Source: a virus (taxonomy: Duplodnaviria; Caudoviricetes). From it: a stretch of 31,117 nt of DNA. The stretch covers positions 1 through 31,117 of the IMG/VR virus record IMGVR_UViG_3300037044_000084; one strand, written 5' to 3'. Shown piece after piece: positions 26,677-31,117 of the stretch. How positions within the stretch are numbered: the first letter of the stretch is position 1; every line of letters starts with the position of its first letter. The translations under genes and the position numbers were made by a program. The notes under the pieces were generated by a model, which saw only the letters and a list, made by a program, of their open reading frames with translations, had not been told where the DNA came from and did no database searches.

Positions 26677-26896
26677 GGAAATCCGGGCTGTCCGGGTGAT
26701 CTGCGGATCATGTGGAGCGGACTTCTCGATACCGGTCAAGCGGCAATCGGATGCGTTCTTCCACGACTGTCATGCCTGCGGCGCGGCGATCCCGACCAAG
26801 CCGATCTGCGAATCCCTGACCGCCATCGCCAGATTGCAGGAGATGCAGGACAAGCATTCGTTCCGTGTCGTGATCGAGACCGATCCGGCAGGCTGA
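26645..26896 (+). CDS. Zn-ribbon protein
   Basis: CGSC...CHAC. GAGG upstream of ATG 26645. Confidence 0.6.
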   Translation: MTKTIQVTRLEEIRAVRVICGSCGADFSIPVKRQSDAFFHDCHACGAAIPTKPICESLTAIARLQEMQDKHSFRVVIETDPAG

Positions 26897-26918
26897 TCGA
26901 CTTCTGAAGTTGACCGCT

Positions 26919-26950
26919 GCCCTTCGTTGAACCCCAACGGAGGGCTTTTT
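26919..26950 (+). terminator. Intrinsic terminator-like hairpin
   Basis: GCCCTTCGTTG-aaccc-CAACGGAGGGC followed by TTTTT. Confidence 0.7.
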
Positions 26951-26951
26951 C

Positions 26952-27257
26952 ATGCTGGATCACCTGCTGGTCGAGACGGCCACGCTGTACCTGCCTCTCG
27001 GCACCTACACCGACGACGGCCAGCCGGAATACGCCGCCGGGGTGTCCGTGCCTGCCGCGTCCGTGCCGATGACCCAGGCAGACCGGGACGCCTTCGGCAA
27101 CATCACCGCCTCAACGGTCATCCTGGTCAAGTACGACGGGGACATGCCGCATGGCTTGCGCCTGGCGGTCGGCGGCAAGACCTATGACGTCAAGGGAATC
27201 AGGAAGTGCGCGCGGCTGGGCAGCGCCGACGCCGTTGCCTGGCGGTGCGCCGTATGA
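26952..27257 (+). CDS. Head-closure protein (putative)
   Basis: 101 aa, beta-rich, DGQPEY and GGKTYDVKGI, neck-gene position. Confidence 0.7.
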   Translation: MLDHLLVETATLYLPLGTYTDDGQPEYAAGVSVPAASVPMTQADRDAFGNITASTVILVKYDGDMPHGLRLAVGGKTYDVKGIRKCARLGSADAVAWRCAV

Positions 27258-27655
27258 GCTGCATATCCTTCGACGACAGTGAATTTCGCATGAGGCTCAA
27301 TGACCTCATCCAACGGGCCGCGCCGCGCGTGCAACAGGCATTGGAGGAGGTCGGCGACTTTGTCCAGGCGGAGGCCCGCGACCGCGCCCCCATCGACGAG
27401 GGAATGCTGACCGACAGCATCGAGCACGAGGTGTTTATCGGCGACGGCGCGGTCGTGATCCGCGTGCCGATGAATGCCCCGGCCGCCCAGTACGCCGTGC
27501 CGATGCACGAGGACACGGCCTACAAGCTGGGGCCGTTGTCCCAAGGCAAGCAGTCGCGGGTCGGACAACAAGTCGGCCCGAAGTACATCACCCGGGCCAT
27601 CGACGAGAACAAGGAGGCGATCCGGGAAATCATCGCCGAGAACATGCGCAACTAG
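27254..27655 (+). CDS. HK97 gp10-like tail-completion protein
   Basis: ARDRAPIDEGMLTDSI, YAVPMHE and GPKYITRAI. Confidence 0.85.
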   Translation: MSCISFDDSEFRMRLNDLIQRAAPRVQQALEEVGDFVQAEARDRAPIDEGMLTDSIEHEVFIGDGAVVIRVPMNAPAAQYAVPMHEDTAYKLGPLSQGKQSRVGQQVGPKYITRAIDENKEAIREIIAENMRN

Positions 27656-27712
27656 GTTGACGCTGCGAGTTTCGCAGAGGAACAGGAATCGGAAAAGGAA
27701 AGGCAGAAAGCC

Positions 27713-28027
27713 ATGGAAAACCTCATTGTCAGGACGCCGGGCGCGGGAGCGAAGAACGCGCTGAACTATGTCGGGGGAGTGGCCATCCGCGATGCCGACG
27801 CGCGTCAGCGCGCCGCCGTTGCCGTCCGCATCTGGCCGCCGTGCTCGGTCAAGAAGGACTCGACCGCGCCGACCACCACGCTGTACCAGCGGTGGATCCG
27901 TGACGATGTCGGCGAGGTCTACATGGAGAAGGTTGTCACGATCAGCGGCGAGACGGAAATCTACTCGACCGTGGGCCTGTGGGCGGATCGCGAAACCACC
28001 ACGTTTGACGGCGAATCCGAGAGCTAA
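27713..28027 (+). CDS. Hypothetical protein
   Basis: 104 aa with purine-rich upstream region and phage-like codon usage. Confidence 0.65.
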   Translation: MENLIVRTPGAGAKNALNYVGGVAIRDADARQRAAVAVRIWPPCSVKKDSTAPTTTLYQRWIRDDVGEVYMEKVVTISGETEIYSTVGLWADRETTTFDGESES

Positions 28028-28042
28028 AAGGAGCCATCCATC

Positions 28043-28240
28043 ATGCGCAAGTTGAATCCCGAAACGTGCCTGCTGTGCCTGTTGTGCCTGCTGGCGATGC
28101 CCGTCGGCGTCCGGGCGGAAACCATCTTTGACTCGATTCTGGGGGCCTTGCGGCTCAAGGATGTGACCACGGCGGCGGAGGCCGGGGCGGTCGCCGAGGA
28201 GCAGAGGGCGCAGAGGATACTAGGAGTGAACGTACTATGA
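28043..28240 (+). CDS. Small protein with signal-peptide-like N-terminus
   Basis: AAGGAG SD, MRK + CLLCLLCLLAMPVGVRA. Confidence 0.6.
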   Translation: MRKLNPETCLLCLLCLLAMPVGVRAETIFDSILGALRLKDVTTAAEAGAVAEEQRAQRILGVNVL

Positions 28241-28371
28241 AACGATGGCTCTCAAAACTGGTGTCGCTGGCCAAGCGCGGCTATGCCGCCTACCGGGCCA
28301 TGCCGGAGGAGGATCGGAAACGGATCGAGGGGAACGCCAAGAAGCTGACCAACAGGGTGCTCAAGAAATAA
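28237..28371 (+). CDS. 44-aa cationic amphipathic peptide (below the ORF-track cutoff)
   Basis: AGGAG SD and ATGA overlap. MKRWLSKLVSLAKRGYAAYRAMPEEDRKRIEGNAKKLTNRVLKK. Confidence 0.6.
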   Translation: MKRWLSKLVSLAKRGYAAYRAMPEEDRKRIEGNAKKLTNRVLKK

Positions 28372-28383
28372 GGAGACACGGAC

Positions 28384-28956
28384 ATGGACTGGACAGTGGT
28401 ATTTGCCGCGGGCGGATTCGGCCTCGCGCTGGCGGGCGCAATCGGGGCGCTCATGTGGCTGATCATCCGCCTGGCCGTCCAGCCCGTGGCCGACGACGTG
28501 GCAGAACTGAAGAACTCCCTGCGCCCGATGGAGCTGAAGTTAAAGAGCGAGGCCGAGCTGGCCCGCATGATTTCCGCCCAGGTGTGGGATCATAAGGAAG
28601 CCTGTCGCCTCGACCGAGAGAAGAGGGAGGAGAAGGAGCGGGATCGCCAGCGCTTGTCCGCCGGGCACGTCGTCGCCGCCATTGTCGTCGCCGCCCTCCT
28701 GGGCTGGCTGACGGTTGGGTGCGCGTCCTACGAGAAGTGGGAGCTGGACCGGGAGACGGGCAAGATGATCCTGGTGGCCAAGGGCTCTACCGCCGGATTC
28801 TTCCGCGACCTGGAAGAGGACCGCACCTATGACCCGACCACCGGCAGGCTCGTGCGGGAGCGGACGGCCACTAAATCCACCACCAGCGATGTCATGTCTG
28901 CCGCCAACGAGCTGATCGGCACCGCCACCGCGACGGCCGCCAAGGTGGCACCATGA
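28384..28956 (+). CDS. Two-TM membrane protein (holin/spanin-like) with internal lipobox-like TVGC
   Basis: TAAGGAG SD, N-terminal TM, coiled coil, second hydrophobic stretch ending LTVGC. Confidence 0.7.
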   Translation: MDWTVVFAAGGFGLALAGAIGALMWLIIRLAVQPVADDVAELKNSLRPMELKLKSEAELARMISAQVWDHKEACRLDREKREEKERDRQRLSAGHVVAAIVVAALLGWLTVGCASYEKWELDRETGKMILVAKGSTAGFFRDLEEDRTYDPTTGRLVRERTATKSTTSDVMSAANELIGTATATAAKVAP

Positions 28957-29177
28957 TGAAGTGCGGGCGGGAGACGGAGGTGTTTTCACGAGTGTGTGGA
29001 TACCACAGGCCCGTGGCCAGCTGGAACCTGGGGGCAAAAGAAAGCTTCAAGAACAGAAAGCCGTACAAAGTAAAAACCGGGAGCGGCAAGGAGCCCGAGC
29101 CATGGCCAACAAGCCAAACCTTTTCGTCCTCGCCGGCGGCGGGCTCGCCCAGGTCGAAAGCTCCGTCGGCTGCCTGA
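28953..29177 (+). CDS. Stand-alone NrdD C-terminal (glycyl-radical) peptide
   Basis: TEVFSRVCGYHRPVASWNLGAKESFKNRK matches the class III RNR C-terminal pattern SRVxGYxRPVxxWNxGKxxEF. ATGA-coupled start. Confidence 0.8.
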   Translation: MMKCGRETEVFSRVCGYHRPVASWNLGAKESFKNRKPYKVKTGSGKEPEPWPTSQTFSSSPAAGSPRSKAPSAA

Positions 29178-29917
29178 TGGCGTTGCACGAGGCCGGGATA
29201 CCGGTCTGCGGTCATGCCAATGCCGACTGGCGGGGAACGTCTGCCGGGGCCATCGTCGCCGCCGTGATCGCCGCCGGGTGGACGCCGAACAGGATCGCCG
29301 CCTACCTCGCCGAGCGCACTACCGAGGACTTCCTTGAGCGCCGCTGGTGGTGGCCGCTGCGCGTCCTGGCGGGCGGCCCGGCCTACCGGCGCGATGGCCT
29401 CGCTGCGTTCCTGCGGGAGGTATTGCCGGGCCACGCTTTTTACCCGCATGTCACCTGTATTATGACGCGCGCCCGCGGCTGGCGCCGGGTCGAGGCTCCC
29501 GCTTCCTTCGACCGGGTAATGGCCAGCTCCGCCATTGACGGGATATTCGGAGCCTGGCCCGTCGGCGGCGAGCCAATGCTGGACGGCGGTTACACCGACA
29601 ACGTTCCCCTTGAGCCATGGCAGGCGGCCCAGTATGCCCAGGTCTACCTGATCCTCCCCCCGCGCGATCCGGACGCCGACCGCCACGCGCGCACGGCCGT
29701 CGGGCGACTGTTGCAGGGCCTGGACGCCAAGACCAGCCAGGAGACGGACGAGGCGGAGCGGCACTACAGTTCGGGGCTGTTCCCCAACGTGCTGCTGCTC
29801 CGGCCGCCGCCGATCCGGTCGAGCCTGCTGGCGCTGTCGCCGGAGCGGTCGGTGATGTTGCACGCCTACCACTGGACGGAGCGCCTACTGGCGGAGCGCC
29901 GGGAGAGCCTGAAATGA
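29102..29917 (+). CDS. Patatin-like phospholipase
   Basis: Gly-rich loop LAGGG, nucleophile GTSAG, ASSAI and catalytic DGG. AAGGAG SD. Confidence 0.9.
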   Translation: MANKPNLFVLAGGGLAQVESSVGCLMALHEAGIPVCGHANADWRGTSAGAIVAAVIAAGWTPNRIAAYLAERTTEDFLERRWWWPLRVLAGGPAYRRDGLAAFLREVLPGHAFYPHVTCIMTRARGWRRVEAPASFDRVMASSAIDGIFGAWPVGGEPMLDGGYTDNVPLEPWQAAQYAQVYLILPPRDPDADRHARTAVGRLLQGLDAKTSQETDEAERHYSSGLFPNVLLLRPPPIRSSLLALSPERSVMLHAYHWTERLLAERRESLK

Positions 29918-30708
29918 TCGACACCGAAGTCATTGAAAAGGGCCTGTTGGCGATCGTTGCCAACTGGACCGGGCTCACGCCGGAAGCGGAAATTTTCCGA
30001 GGCAAGATCCCGGATGGCCTGACGAGCGGCGTGGCCGTGGCGATCCTGGACGATCCATCTGGCAATGATCCACAGGTGCCGGAGCGAAATGCGCAGGTGA
30101 TTGTCAAGCGCGGCTCTCGGGATGGGGCCCGCTCCGTGGTCGATGCCCTGCTGAACCGCCTCCCGTCGTTTGGCCCGTCCGGGAACGGCGTCCGGTTCCT
30201 TGGCGTGCTGAAGGCCGGCGGCGGGGCCATTGTGCAGGTCGATGACGGCGGGGCGAAATCCTTCCAGTCCACCGTCAAGCTGCTCTTGCAGATGTCGCCG
30301 ACAGGGGCCGACCTCGGATATCAGGACGGCAACTATTTCGCGCCAACGATTCAGCCGTACGTCTATCAGGTGGTCTATCCAGCGGCTGAGATCATCCATG
30401 GCCATCGGGCTGTGCGGATCATGGCCGATGGCGTGCATCATGCGTCATCCGCCGCGCTGGCCCATGCCCAGGGTGTAGCGGGAATATCGATGAACGCGGC
30501 GGCCGTCGGCGATGCTGTCACCGTGCGTATCATGGGGCAGATCAATGAGCCATCCTGGTCATGGATTGACGGATCGTCTGTCTATGTGGGGGTCGATGGC
30601 GTGCTGACCCAGACCCCACCGACGTCCGGGTATATCCGCGAGATCGGCATTGCCGTCGGCCCAAAGTCAATGATTGTCCGGACATTGATGCCCATAACCA
30701 TTATCTGA
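29914..30708 (+). CDS. Tail-terminator-like domain fused to a DUF2190-like decoration domain
   Basis: N-terminal IFRGKIPD...QVIVKR resembles tail terminators. C-terminal AAEIIHGHRAV...VYVGVDGVLTQTPP...IGIA resembles cement/decoration proteins. Confidence 0.6.
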   Translation: MIDTEVIEKGLLAIVANWTGLTPEAEIFRGKIPDGLTSGVAVAILDDPSGNDPQVPERNAQVIVKRGSRDGARSVVDALLNRLPSFGPSGNGVRFLGVLKAGGGAIVQVDDGGAKSFQSTVKLLLQMSPTGADLGYQDGNYFAPTIQPYVYQVVYPAAEIIHGHRAVRIMADGVHHASSAALAHAQGVAGISMNAAAVGDAVTVRIMGQINEPSWSWIDGSSVYVGVDGVLTQTPPTSGYIREIGIAVGPKSMIVRTLMPITII

Positions 30709-30720
30709 GGAGAAACGACC

Positions 30721-31117
30721 ATGGCCGCCCCAAAGTACCTGAAGCAGAATGCCGGAAGCATTGAGGAAGTCGTTGCCGCGACCACCGGCGGAGCCCCCGA
30801 TGCCGAGAAGATCCCCAGCCTGGATGCCAACGGCCGATTGACGGCGGCTATGATGCCCGTCGGCATCGGGGCCGAAGTGAAGGTCATCGTGGCGAGCGAG
30901 GCGCTCGGTGCTGGCGATTTCGTCAACATCTGGGACGACTCGGGCACCCTCAAGGCCCGGTTGGCCGATGCCTCCGCCGACAAGCCCGCACACGGCTATG
31001 TCATCGCGGCGGTCGAGAGCGCGGCCAATGCCACGGTCTATTGCGACGGCATCAACGACCAGCTCACCGGCATGTCCGGCGGTCCGTTGATGTACCTGTC
31101 CGGGGCCGTCCCTGGCG
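30721..31117 (+). CDS. Virion structural/decoration protein (partial, runs off the window)
   Basis: GAGGAG SD. Open frame MAAPKYL...LDANGRL...ASEALGAGDFVNIW...ARLADA...AHGYV...YLS. Confidence 0.75.
   Translation, partial: MAAPKYLKQNAGSIEEVVAATTGGAPDAEKIPSLDANGRLTAAMMPVGIGAEVKVIVASEALGAGDFVNIWDDSGTLKARLADASADKPAHGYVIAAVESAANATVYCDGINDQLTGMSGGPLMYLSGAVPG

Larger units (their letters stand above)
3475..31117. mobile_element. Temperate tailed prophage (continues beyond the window), integrated at tRNA-Leu
   Basis: Integrase next to a tRNA, followed by repressor switch, replication, packaging, head and neck modules in canonical order. Confidence 0.96.

Noticed and set aside
3475-31117. Diversity-generating retroelement or stop-codon recoding
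   Set aside because: No reverse transcriptase motif or TR/VR pair was seen, and genes tile densely under the standard code using all three stops.

Overview
High-GC bacterial DNA. Bases 1-3391 are host chromosome: a frameshifted DAACS symporter, an intact MFS transporter, an MFS fragment and an FGE-sulfatase lipoprotein. A complete tRNA-Leu(TAG) follows. From about 3475 to the end of the window is one arm of a temperate tailed prophage: tyrosine integrase, accessory genes, a CI/RHH genetic switch, excisionase, RecT-like annealing protein, SSB, ERCC4 nuclease, split RecD2, primase-helicase with an iteron origin, terminases, portal, scaffold, major capsid and head-tail genes. The most unusual signals are: (1) a small poly-Cys early protein carrying a near copy of the repressor's own C-terminal motif, a candidate SinI-like mimic antirepressor; (2) a cassette inserted among the neck genes with membrane peptides, a stand-alone NrdD glycyl-radical peptide and a patatin phospholipase; (3) a minor capsid protein with a JAB/MPN C-terminal domain followed by small Cys-rich partners; (4) a full-length tRNA abutting the phage at its 5' end. 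All family calls come from reading motifs by eye. No database searches were run.
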